A DNA stretch of 64,000 nt from an uncultured bacterium (GTDB lineage Bacteria; Acidobacteriota; HRBIN11; JAKEFK01), in NCBI GenBank assembly GCA_963777505.1, contig CAVZQN010000006.1:32001-96000 (forward strand), given 5' to 3'. The notes beneath the pieces are model-generated. The model was not told where the DNA came from. It saw nothing but the letters and a program-made list of their open reading frames with translations, and did not search any database. Positions 20,643 through 31,100 of the stretch are shown in pieces. Each line of letters begins with the position of its first letter. Position 1 is the stretch's first letter. The position numbers and the translations under genes were made by a program.

Positions 20643-21876
20643 TTAATACGTATGACCGAATGAAACAATGAATCTCGGTTTATTTTCATCACTGAAAGCT
20701 GTATCAAAACGGAACACAGCAGTCTGACGCGCGTGAATCCGCATACCTATTCCATACGAATCCTTCAAGTCTTCGAAATCCAGATCTGATCGTTTAGACG
20801 CAACGCGACCGATGTCATAAAAGATCGCCATATCTACAAAATGGGAAGGTGTCCAGATGTACTCTAAAGTCAACCCCATCATGTGTCGATCCTGAAAACG
20901 ATCATCGAGATATCCGCGGACTCGATATCCTCCTCCGATACTTGGAAGCAGATAATGAGGTACGTCATTTCCGTCATCAGTTTCTGTTGTTGAGAAATAG
21001 CCGATTGGATGGATAATCCAGTTTGAACGGAGAATTGGAATCCACGCGGATGCGACAACATCGATTCGCTCAAATGAAAAAGGATTGTCATCGGCTTCGT
21101 CATATTTTAGGTAATCGGCTTGAAGCAAGAGCCCTTGATTGTAGTAGGAACGTTCAGGGCGAGTGTCGATCCTGGCAAAACCGCGGTACACGTTGTAGGT
21201 TAAGTCTGTTTCAAGGCCAGGAGCAGTTGACGGCGTAAATTTTTCTTCAATCGAAGATGACGATCCATCACCGGGAGATGTTGAGACATCCAGGTATTCG
21301 TAACCCCCACCCAAAGACAACCATTTCACCGGCTCAATCGTGCCGATAAATTTGGCTGACGTTGGTTGATACGCAAAATTTGTCTTGTTATCTTCTAATG
21401 AATCATTACCGATACCGAAAAACTTAACTTGCGTCGCATCAATGTAAGATCCACCGAGATCGAATTTAATGCGCTTGTCTGCTAACTCTGGAAGATGAAA
21501 ATTCGTTTCAACGAGTTTGTAACCTGCAACCGAATACCCTCCATGAATATCAAATGATCCGGTATCGCCAAAGACCTTGTGGAACCCTGCTCCAGCAGCC
21601 GCACCGCCACCTGAATAGACATTTCCAAACCATGGATATATGCCTCTTGGCTCGGTTAAAAATCCCCAACGCTGCAATCTACCAATCCAAACTTCAGCTC
21701 CATTGGGCTCATATTCTTTTAGATTCTTTTGATTTCTCTGTTTTCTCTGAAATGAGTTGTTCAGTCCGGCTCTCTTGCCCCCAAACTAAACATGGAATCA
21801 GAAAATAGATGGCCGTAAAAAACGCAATCGACCACATGAGGTCGAATCGATTCCTAATTAAAAGTTTTTCAGGCAT
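20643..21876 (-). CDS. Omp85/BamA-TamA family barrel-only outer-membrane protein; frameshift near 21720-21735
   Basis: AGGAGG RBS and signal-like N-terminus. GGGYRVRGYLDDRFQD (VRGY motif), FYDIGRV, SYGIGMR and C-terminal aromatic residue. Confidence 0.8.
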
Positions 21877-21940
21877 AAACATTACCTCCTTGAGACCTAC
21901 TTAGATAAGAGCGTTTGTTTAGGTCCTGTAAGCAGCTTAA

Positions 21941-21956
21941 GGCAAGCAATGTGCCA
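21941..21956 (-). promoter_or_regulatory. sigma54 promoter for the Omp85/kinase operon
   Basis: Reverse strand reads TGGCAC-ATTGC-TTGCC. Confidence 0.8.
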
Positions 21957-21987
21957 GATGATGTTTCGAGACAGATGAAAAAGGAGA

Positions 21988-22036
21988 TGTCAAATTTGTC
22001 AATGAGATTTTGACGTGTGTCAAACGATTTGACACA
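21988..22036. promoter_or_regulatory. GTCAA/TTGAC palindrome array between divergent sigma54 promoters
   Basis: Includes the perfect palindrome TGTGTCAAA-cga-TTTGACACA (22016-22036). Confidence 0.75.
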
Positions 22037-22208
22037 TCGAGAGTTCATAAACCAAGAAGAACGGAGTGTTAAATTCTAATACTATAAAATTAAATAATTA
22101 GATTTCGGACTATGCTGATGGAATAGAGATGAAACGCCTTAGATTCGCCCTGCTATTACGGAAATAATTCCAGCAAGATAGTTCTCAAGAATGCCCCCCT
22201 CCGAAGAC

Positions 22209-22224
22209 TGGCATCCAACTTGCA
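22209..22224 (+). promoter_or_regulatory. sigma54 promoter for the UbiB-like kinase
   Basis: TGGCAT-CCAAC-TTGCA. Confidence 0.8.
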
Positions 22225-22272
22225 CCTCATTATATGGAGTTCAAATGTTTAACTAGACGTGGGGTGAAAGAT

Positions 22273-24102
22273 ATGAAAAAGACATATACGTTCCTGATTT
22301 TGACACTACTTTTTGGCCAAGCGTTACTAGGCCATTCAGTCACGAGCGATGAGATCCCGTCGCAAAACATTTCTCTCCCAACTCCGCGGAGTCACTACGA
22401 ACACGTGCAATCGGGCGCCTCGGGAGCTCCTCTACTTCTTGCTCTGGTGAATGAACTTGATCCCGCGACTCAAAAGGCAGTGATGACAGAACTCAATTCT
22501 CCACAAGTCCAACTCATTCTCAGCGCAGCGGAAACGGGATTCACAGGAGTCACGAGACCTCCAGAGGCGCAGACTATTTCATTACTTCAACAGATTAATT
22601 GGACCACGTGGCGACCACTGATGTCAGAGTTCATGTTGCATCAGTCACGAGTGCTCGAAATTATTCCGCCAAAGTATCAGGAATTTTTAATTCCGATTGT
22701 GCATGATTCATTGCTCTACTTTCTTGATCACCTTCCCCAAGAGCGGTTCATAGAAAAATTGGTGGACATTGCGTATCTGCCAAAAGACGCAACTCGCGGC
22801 GACTACCTCGCAGCGTTCGTTTCTAAAACTCCGAGTCTGCAAAAAGTAGGGCAAATCCTTGCACGGAATCCTGCGTTGTCTCCAGAGTACCAGGCAGCAC
22901 TCCAGCTATTGGAAAACGATATTCACTCAGTAACACGTGATGAGCTGGCTCGATTCATTTCCGATGATGTCGGTAAAGACAACATCGATAAATACGATGT
23001 GGAAATCGCCGATCAGATTCTTGCGGAAGGCAGCGTGGGCGCAGTAATTCGAGTCACTTTCCTTGAGCCGACATCATCAGCCAGACGACGCCAGGCGATT
23101 TGCAAAGTGATCAAACCCTACGCGCTGATCAATCTACCTCAGGAACTCGAAATCATTGATGGTTTGGCAGACTACTTCACAAAGGAACATGATTTTTATC
23201 AACTCGGCGTCATACCTCTTGGTGAGATGTTTACCGAAGTCAAAAAGGCGCTGACGGATGAGATCAACATCGTTCGTGAGCAGCAAAACCTGGCTAATGC
23301 ATGGCGGTATTATCGGGGCAACAAGAACATCGTTGTTCCGGAACTGTATCCGTTTTCTACGAAGAATGTCACATTCATGGAGTTCATTGTGGGGGAGAAG
23401 ATTACAAATGCCTTTAAAGGGCAACCAGAGCAACGCGCGATTATGGCGAAACGCCTTCTGGATGTTATGACTCGTGATGTGATTTTTGCTGAAAGCAAAG
23501 AATCAGTTTTTCATGGCGATCCGCATGCGGGCAATGTTTTTCACGTCACTGGAGATCCAAAGGATCCCTATCAAATTGCACTTTTGGATTGGGGATTATA
23601 CGGAACATTCCCGCGCAAGGATCGAGTCGCGCTGATGCAGTTGATGCTTGGAGTTCAACTCAAAGATGCCAAACGCCTTCACAATTATGTAGGGGCGTTA
23701 CTCGCAGATGGAATGCCGGATTCTCCCGAAAAGATTCAGCAGATTGATGGAATGATTGCAAAAGTTCTTTCATCAAAGAACAAAGGGGGCAGTTTCGATG
23801 CCCTGGCAGAGTTACTGGCAAGTCTGATCAACGAAGGATATGCAACCAAATTTAGTTTGAACCTGTTCATCAAGTCGCAGGTTACGATTGCCGGAATTCT
23901 GAAGCAGTTGGATCCAAAGCTCGATCAGGATGCCTACTTAATGCAACAGGTCATAAGTCTTGTGAAAAAGGAGATCCCAAAACGGATACTATTCACGGTG
24001 TGGTTTCCTGCATGGAACTCACACAGCTATCGTAGTCTGCTTTCCAATAAGGACATTTTGGACGTTCGCCGCCTTTCAAAGCAAAAAGAGAAAGAGAGAT
24101 GA
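22273..24102 (+). CDS. AarF/ABC1/UbiB family atypical kinase with N-terminal signal peptide
   Basis: KVGQ (KxGQ), LAEGSVGAV, ICKVIKP, FHGDPHAGN and LLDWG. N-terminus MKKTYTFLILTLLFGQALLG. Confidence 0.85.
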   Translation: MKKTYTFLILTLLFGQALLGHSVTSDEIPSQNISLPTPRSHYEHVQSGASGAPLLLALVNELDPATQKAVMTELNSPQVQLILSAAETGFTGVTRPPEAQTISLLQQINWTTWRPLMSEFMLHQSRVLEIIPPKYQEFLIPIVHDSLLYFLDHLPQERFIEKLVDIAYLPKDATRGDYLAAFVSKTPSLQKVGQILARNPALSPEYQAALQLLENDIHSVTRDELARFISDDVGKDNIDKYDVEIADQILAEGSVGAVIRVTFLEPTSSARRRQAICKVIKPYALINLPQELEIIDGLADYFTKEHDFYQLGVIPLGEMFTEVKKALTDEINIVREQQNLANAWRYYRGNKNIVVPELYPFSTKNVTFMEFIVGEKITNAFKGQPEQRAIMAKRLLDVMTRDVIFAESKESVFHGDPHAGNVFHVTGDPKDPYQIALLDWGLYGTFPRKDRVALMQLMLGVQLKDAKRLHNYVGALLADGMPDSPEKIQQIDGMIAKVLSSKNKGGSFDALAELLASLINEGYATKFSLNLFIKSQVTIAGILKQLDPKLDQDAYLMQQVISLVKKEIPKRILFTVWFPAWNSHSYRSLLSNKDILDVRRLSKQKEKER

Positions 24103-24288
24103 AAAAGCTCGCAAAGTTTTTGGGTCAATGTTCCGAAATCGAAGAGTTGAGATATGGAAAAAACTTCCGATATAATGAAAAACGAATTCTCTCTGGTGAG
24201 ATTAATAGTAGAACGGATCGAGTTCCAAACTCTCCAGATTTAAATCTACTTACGTTTTTTCCGCATTCGAACCAATACAGGAAGACTC

Positions 24289-24750
24289 ATGGCCTTTCAA
24301 ACTAGGGAGACTTCGGGACGCGTTTTGCTGGTTGAAGACGATCCCAAGGATGTTGAGCTAACACTTACGGCATTAGATGAATATAATCTTGCTAAATCGG
24401 TCGTTGTTGTCTCTGATGGTGAACAGGCGCTCGATTATCTGTATTATGGTGGTATTTTTGCGCAACGTCCCCGCGAAAATCCCGCCGTCATCCTGCTTGA
24501 TTTGAAATTGCCTAAGATCGATGGACTTGAAGTATTGAAGAAGATTAAGTCTGATGAGATCTTGAAAATGATTCCGGTAGTCATACTGACCTCTTCCCGT
24601 GAAGAGAGGGATCTTGTGGACAGTTACAGTTTAGGCGTCAACGCATATGTTGTGAAGCCACTGGATTTCCACGAATTTGTCAATTCGGTTAAAGAGCTCG
24701 GAATATTTTGGACGGTCATTAACGAACCGCCCCCAGGAAGTGCCTCATGA
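24289..24750 (+). CDS. Single-domain response regulator (Rcp1-like)
   Basis: LLVEDD, ILLDLKLPKIDG, ILTSS, NAYVVKP and FW...N-PPP tail. Confidence 0.92.
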   Translation: MAFQTRETSGRVLLVEDDPKDVELTLTALDEYNLAKSVVVVSDGEQALDYLYYGGIFAQRPRENPAVILLDLKLPKIDGLEVLKKIKSDEILKMIPVVILTSSREERDLVDSYSLGVNAYVVKPLDFHEFVNSVKELGIFWTVINEPPPGSAS

Positions 24751-26705
24751 AGGACGATAATCAGCGGTGTGTTGAATGTTTAAGAATCGTGCATCTGGAA
24801 GACGATCCGGCCGACGCAGAGCTGGTTCAGGAGAGGTTGGCAATCGAAGGAATTGAATGTGACATAACGCGTGTCCAGACAGAATCACAATTTAGAAGCG
24901 CACTCGAACAACGATGTGATCTTATCCTGGCCGATTACACATTGCCCTTCTTTGATGGACTCTCAGCATTGAGCATTGTACGCCAGCAACAACCCGATCT
25001 ACCGTTTATCTTTGTTTCCGGAACGCTCGGTGAGGAAGTCGCGATTGAAGCCCTCAAGATCGGTGCGACTGATTACGTGTTGAAACAACGGCTGTCTCGC
25101 CTTGCTCCTGCTGTAGGTCGTGCCTTGCGCGAAGCCGAAGAAATAGCCGAGCGCAAACATGCCGAGGAAGCGACTCGCGAAACTCAAAAACAACTCGCAC
25201 GAGAAAAAGAACGTCTAAAGCTGGTTCTTGATTTTACGAATAAAGTCGCATCGAACCTGGATTTACAGGAAATACTTCGAGCGACTTCTGCCAACGTTCG
25301 GCGTGTTATGAAATGTGATTCCGTGACAATGTTTCTTCCTGATGATGAAGCCAAGAATTTGTTCCCTATAGCATTTGATGTTCCTGAGGGAAAACAGCTT
25401 TTTGATGATGCGGCTGGAATGCCTATTGAAGGGACTGTAGAGGGAAAAGTCTTCGTTGAAGGAAAACCATTTGTGGTGACTATTGATACACTCAAAATGT
25501 ACCCAGAATCATATCGTCGAGCGACTGCATTAGGATTGAATTGTGGCTGCGTATTGCCGTTGATTCATCGAAATCATGTACTGGGTATTCTCGCGCTCGA
25601 CAGGCAAGCCCTAGAACCATTTGAAGATGAGGAAGTTGATTTCCTGGTTCAACTCGCAAATCAAGTTGCACTTGCTGTTGACAATGCCCTTGTTCATGAG
25701 CAGACTACGGCGCTAAAAGATAAGCTAGCGCAGGAAAAACTGTATTTGGAAGATGAGATCCGAAATGAAATCGGCTTTAAAGAAATTATAGGACAAACTC
25801 CGCGTCTATTACATGTTTTGCAGGAAGTTGAAACAGTAGCACCGACAGATTCTAATGTATTAATTCTTGGGGAAACCGGCACTGGCAAAGAGCTCATTGC
25901 TCGGGCGATCCATGATCACAGTCCGCGAAAGCCTCGCACTTTTGTGAAATTAAATTGCGCAGCAATACCAACAGGATTGCTTGAAAGCGAATTGTTTGGT
26001 CATGAAAAAGGCGCCTTCACTGGAGCGGTTACACAACGCATCGGAAGATTAGAATTAGCGAATCAGGGGACCTTATTCTTGGATGAAATTGGTGACATTC
26101 CTCTAGAACTGCAATCAAAATTGCTTCGTGCTCTTCAAGAGCGGGAATTCGAAAGACTTGGCAGCTCACATACACGAAAAGTCGATGTTCGTATTGTTGC
26201 AGCTACCAATCGCGATTTGCAAAAGATGGTTGCCGATCGTGAATTTCGGAGTGATCTGTACTATCGACTGAACGTTTTCCCGATCCGCATTCCGCCACTC
26301 CGCGAGCGCTCGGACGACATTCCCCTGCTTGTTCGTGCATTCACGCAGAAATACGCGATTCGAATGAATAAACGGGTTGATAGCATTCCTGCTAACGTAT
26401 TAAAGAAATTGAAAGCCTGGAATTGGCCCGGCAATGTGCGGGAGTTGGAAAATTTCATTGAGCGTTCTGTAATTTTGACGACTGGAGATGTCTTGAACGT
26501 TCCTCTTCAGGAATTAGCAGGAGACACTATCGGAGCAGGCGCTTTTGAAGGATCATCGGAACGTGATCAATTAATCAAGGTGCTGAAAGAGACGAAAGGG
26601 CGGGTCGGCGGCTCAACAGGAGCCGCCAAGCTGCTAGGCATTAAGCGCACAACTTTAATAGCGCGCCTGAAAAAATACGGCATCAACCCCCGCCATATGT
26701 CATAA
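24747..26705 (+). CDS. sigma54 activator, REC-GAF-AAA+-HTH (FhlA-like)
   Basis: HLEDD...LILADY REC domain, [27 protein letters not shown] and HTH. Confidence 0.92.
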   Translation: MKDDNQRCVECLRIVHLEDDPADAELVQERLAIEGIECDITRVQTESQFRSALEQRCDLILADYTLPFFDGLSALSIVRQQQPDLPFIFVSGTLGEEVAIEALKIGATDYVLKQRLSRLAPAVGRALREAEEIAERKHAEEATRETQKQLAREKERLKLVLDFTNKVASNLDLQEILRATSANVRRVMKCDSVTMFLPDDEAKNLFPIAFDVPEGKQLFDDAAGMPIEGTVEGKVFVEGKPFVVTIDTLKMYPESYRRATALGLNCGCVLPLIHRNHVLGILALDRQALEPFEDEEVDFLVQLANQVALAVDNALVHEQTTALKDKLAQEKLYLEDEIRNEIGFKEIIGQTPRLLHVLQEVETVAPTDSNVLILGETGTGKELIARAIHDHSPRKPRTFVKLNCAAIPTGLLESELFGHEKGAFTGAVTQRIGRLELANQGTLFLDEIGDIPLELQSKLLRALQEREFERLGSSHTRKVDVRIVAATNRDLQKMVADREFRSDLYYRLNVFPIRIPPLRERSDDIPLLVRAFTQKYAIRMNKRVDSIPANVLKKLKAWNWPGNVRELENFIERSVILTTGDVLNVPLQELAGDTIGAGAFEGSSERDQLIKVLKETKGRVGGSTGAAKLLGIKRTTLIARLKKYGINPRHMS

Positions 26706-26754
26706 CATTTCGTTCTGGCAGAATCGTATTAGCCCAAAACAGTCAGGTTTCAAC

Positions 26755-27015
26755 AATTACAATTCCTTAATACCCTACTGTAGTAGTAACTTTTTTCTTG
26801 AAGCAACTCTGGGGCGCGTCAAAATTCCTGTCTGGTTCCTTGGTTTCATAAACATTCAAATCAACACCTTCTTTGAGTAACGAAGAGTGTCAAAAAAACA
26901 TTTGACAATTGTCAATTTTTCTTTGGTCAAACTTTGACGAATTACCGCGTGGTATGTCGACGCGATTATGGCACATCGCTTGCTCAAAGCCTCTTCAGAG
27001 TACGTGAATCGTTAA
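26755..27015 (+). repeat. Duplicated ~260 bp promoter module, copy A
   Basis: Shares AACTTTTTTCTTGAAGCAACT, TGTCAAAAAAACATTTGACAATTGTCAATTTTTCTTTGGTCAAA, TTATGGCACATCGCTTGCTCAA and CGTGAATCGTTA with 36919-37168. Confidence 0.9.
26969..26984 (+). promoter_or_regulatory. sigma54 promoter for the RND operon
   Basis: TGGCAC-ATCGC-TTGCT. Confidence 0.85.
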
Positions 27016-27031
27016 GAACGGAGAAGCAAAA

Positions 27032-28138
27032 ATGAGAACAATGATGAAAGCATTTTCAATGATCGCACCAATTTTAGCGATCTCACTGGCAGCCTGTTCA
27101 GGCTGTGTCGAAAAGAAGGTAGCAGATCCTGATCCCGTTTCGGTAGAGGTCGGCAGAGTTCAAAAAGTGCAGGAGAATGAAACGATATCGGTGAGCGGGA
27201 CAATCTCCACACCAGATTCACCAGCCACGGTGTCGTTTCTGGTATCAGGAAAAGTCGTCTCTGTCGGTCCGCGCGAAGGCGATTCTGTCACTCGAGGGCA
27301 GAAGGTTGCATCCATTGAATTGACAGATTACCAGTTGACGCTTGCGGCGGCTGAGGCACAAAGAAAGAAGGCCTCGGTTGCCCATAACCGTGCTGCGGAT
27401 GAGCATCGGCGAATGAAAATGTTATATGACTCCAAGAGTCTTGCTCCTAATGATTATGAGAAATTCAAAGCTGCACTTGACTCCGCTGAACAGCAGTACG
27501 ACGAGACCACTGCTTCAGAAAAACTGACAAGAAAGCGCCTTCAAGATGCCACTCTGTATTCACCTATAAGCGGCTTCATTTCAAGGCGATTCATAGAGCC
27601 CGGCGATACTGCCGCCGCGGGTCAGGCTGTTTTTGAAATCGTACAAATGAATCCTTTGGAAGTGAATGTCGGCGTGCCGGAAACGGACATACATCTTGTG
27701 AAGATTGGACAGAAAGCCGAGATTACGGTTCCGGCCATTCCAGGAAAATCATACGAAGGCACGGTTCGTGTCATCAACGTTTCTGCCGATTCAGCAACGC
27801 GCACTTATATGACGCGCATCAGTGTCGCTAATCCAGAACACCAGCTGCGCGTTGGGATGGTGGCAGAAGCGGCCATTCGCGGCGACCGGATGCGATCGAT
27901 GGCAATGCTTCCAGGAGATGCAATCGTACGCGATCCACAAGGAGCAACCCAGGTGTTTGTCTACTATCCGGATCAAAAGCGCGTCTACACCAGGCGAGTC
28001 GAAGTCGGAGCCGCCGTAAATAGAGATGTCGAAATCAAAAGCGGCCTTTCCGGAAATGAACTGGTCGTATTCGCTGGCCAAACCATGCTCCGAAGCGGAC
28101 AAACCGTTTCGGCAACCCAACAGACGGCGGCGAAATAA
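27032..28138 (+). CDS. RND efflux periplasmic adaptor (MFP), probable lipoprotein
   Basis: LAAC lipobox-like motif, SFLVSGKV, LYSPISG, DSATRTY and LRVGM motifs. Confidence 0.92.
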   Translation: MRTMMKAFSMIAPILAISLAACSGCVEKKVADPDPVSVEVGRVQKVQENETISVSGTISTPDSPATVSFLVSGKVVSVGPREGDSVTRGQKVASIELTDYQLTLAAAEAQRKKASVAHNRAADEHRRMKMLYDSKSLAPNDYEKFKAALDSAEQQYDETTASEKLTRKRLQDATLYSPISGFISRRFIEPGDTAAAGQAVFEIVQMNPLEVNVGVPETDIHLVKIGQKAEITVPAIPGKSYEGTVRVINVSADSATRTYMTRISVANPEHQLRVGMVAEAAIRGDRMRSMAMLPGDAIVRDPQGATQVFVYYPDQKRVYTRRVEVGAAVNRDVEIKSGLSGNELVVFAGQTMLRSGQTVSATQQTAAK

Positions 28139-28158
28139 CCGGCACAGGAGACGATAAA

Positions 28159-31100
28159 ATGCAAAATCAAATTAAATTCGCCCTTCGGTATCCTCCTGTC
28201 ACTCTCATCCTGACGGCAATGATCCTCATTCTTGGAGTTCAAGCATTCATGAAAATGCAGAGAACGGAAGATCCGACCATTACTATCAGAACCGGAATCG
28301 TGGCTGCCAGGTATCCAGGAGCCACGTCCGAACAGGTGGAAAAACAGATAACAAAAACTCTTGAAAAACACATCTTCAAGTTTGAAGAGGTGCGAAAGGA
28401 AAAAACGTACTCTACAAGCCGGCCGGAACTCGCCATCATCAATGTAGAACTAGAAGACAACGTAAAGAATTCCGATGAGTTCTGGGCAAAGCTTCGCCAT
28501 GAGATGAATCTTGTTCGCAACACCGAACTGCCCGATGGAATCAGTGGTCCGGTTGTTAACTCCGACTTCGGGGACACCGTCGCCATGCTGCTGGCGGTGC
28601 ACGGTAAAAATTATGGATATCGTGAACTGCGAGATTACGCGGACAAGATCCAGGATGAAATACGCACAGTGCGTGAAGTCGGAAAGGTTGCCACCTACGG
28701 AACGCAAAGCGAGGAAATCTGGATCACCAGCAGCCTGGAACGTATGGCTCAGTATTTCGCGGACCCACGCCAGGTGGGTAACGCCCTGATGCAGCGAAAC
28801 GTCATACAAAGTGCGGGACATTTCGAAGCAGACGAGTCGAAGATCCCCGTTCGGACAACCGGAGTTTTCAACACTGAAAACGAAATACGCAACGTGCTCG
28901 TTGATGTCTCAAAGGACGGGCATCCAGTATATATCAAGGATTTTGCAAACGTGGAGCGTCGCTATCAAGATCCGGCGTTCCTTGTGCGCTACGACGGAAA
29001 CCCCTCTCTTCTTCTTTCCGTTGAGATGCAGGAAGGAAAGAATATTGTCGAACTCGGCAAGCTGCTGGAAGAAGTTTTTCAGCGCCTCAAAGTCCTTCTT
29101 CCACCTGACGTTCACATCGACATTGTTGCAAATCAACCGAAAGTCGTCGAAGAGCGCATCGCAACGCTGAGTCACGAATTCATGCTGGCGATAGGTTCAG
29201 TCATTGTTGTAACGATGTTGCTCCTTCCATTTCGCGTTGCCCTTATCGCTGCGATGGCTATTCCCGTGACGCTGTGCGGAACGCTAGGGGCGATGGATGC
29301 GCTCGGAATCGCCCTGCACCAGGTTTCCATTGCAGCACTCATCATGGTTCTCGGAATTGTGGTAGATGACGCCATCGTTATCGCAGACAACTACGTGGAG
29401 CTTTTGGACCAAAAGGTACCCAAAAAAGAAGCGGCGTGGAGATGCGCAAGCGACGTTGTTGTTCCGGTACTTGTCGCGACAATCACGATCATTTCTTCGT
29501 TCCTGCCACTCCTGATCCTCACAGGGTCAACGGGCGAATTTATCATGGCGCTCCCCATCACTGTAGCCATTGCGCTGGCCACTTCTTTCATCGTAGCCGT
29601 ATTTTTAACTCCTCTGCTTTGCAACTCCTTTATCAAAAAAGGATTGCACGATCATGATGCAGATGAAGAACACGGTAAGAAGAAGAAAGGGCTGCTTGAT
29701 CGTCTCCAAGAAAAATATGACGTATTAATCAGGATCTTCATGAAGCGAAAATTGTTGGCTATGGCCCTCGGAGTGGCGGCGATTGTAGTTGGCGTCAGCC
29801 TGTTTGCCGTTGTGCCACAGCAGTTTTTCCCTTCCGCCGAACGCAATCAGTTCGTCATCGATGTGTGGATGCCTCAGGGTGCTCGGATTGAGGCTACTGA
29901 CGCGGTGTTGAGCCGAATCGAAAAACATCTTGCCTCAAGCAAGGGAGTCGAACATTACGCCACGTTTGTGGGTGAGAGTGCGCCAAGGTTCTACTACAAC
30001 GTTAATCCGCAGCAGCCTGATGGTGCTTACGGGCAATTCATTGTAAACACAGCTTCAGTAGCTGATACGGAGCGGCTGGTGAAGGAGTTGCGTCCCTCCC
30101 TGGCAGCCCTGGTGCCGGAGGCACTGGTGATCGTGAAAGAGCTGCAGCAGGGTCCGCAACTGGAAGCACTGGTCGAGGTGCGCATCTCCGGCGACGATAT
30201 CGCAGAACTGAAGCGGCTCGGAGATAAGGTTCAGGCAATCCTGGAGAGCACACCTAATGCGCAATATGTGTACCGCGACTACTTTAATGATTCGTACCGG
30301 TTAGATGTGAAAGTCAATGATGAGCTGGCAAACCGGCTCGGAATAACGGATGCGTCGACCTCACAAACGCTGTTCGGAGCTTTCGATGGCGTTCCGGTCA
30401 GCACGTTCTGGGAAGGAGACCGCTCGGTCTCGATCAAGCTGAGACTGGATCCGGCTTCACGTTCAAAATTCGCAGACATTTCGAATACGTATCTTAGCTC
30501 TGACCTGACGCGTGCGAGAGTGCCACTCCGCGCAATTGCCACGTTGACGCCTGAATGGCAAACAAGCAGGATTGTCCGGCGAAACGGTGTGCGCACGCTG
30601 ACAATCCGCGCATTTGTTAAGCCAGGCAATTACGCTTCAAGAGTTCTGGAGCAGGCAATTCCACAAATCAACGCGGTCGAACTCCCGGCAGGCTATCGCA
30701 TTTTCTTCGGCGGCGAAAAGGATAACCAGGATGAAGTGTTTCCCCGGATGATTGTCGCGCTTAGTATCAGCCTCGTTGCGATCTTCCTGGTACTATTGGT
30801 TCAATTTAAAAGAATCTCGGATCCGCTCATAATTATGACCTCCATCCCACTCACACTTTTCGGGGCGATGTTCGGGCTGATTATCACTCAAAATCCATTC
30901 GGATTTACTGCGTTCATGGGTCTCATCGCGCTGTGCGGAATTGTCGTAAGAAACGGCATCATCCTAGTCGAGTACTGCAACGAACAGGTTGCCGGAGGAG
31001 CAACGCTCGAAGAGGCTGCGCGAGAAGCGGGCGCGAGAAGGCTGCGGCCCATCTTTCTTACCACGATGGCTGCCGCCGTCGGTGTTACTCCGATGATCCT

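Noticed and set aside
24099-24305. 68 aa ORF between the UbiB kinase and the response regulator
   Set aside because: No recognisable features and it overlaps both neighbours; probably intergenic.
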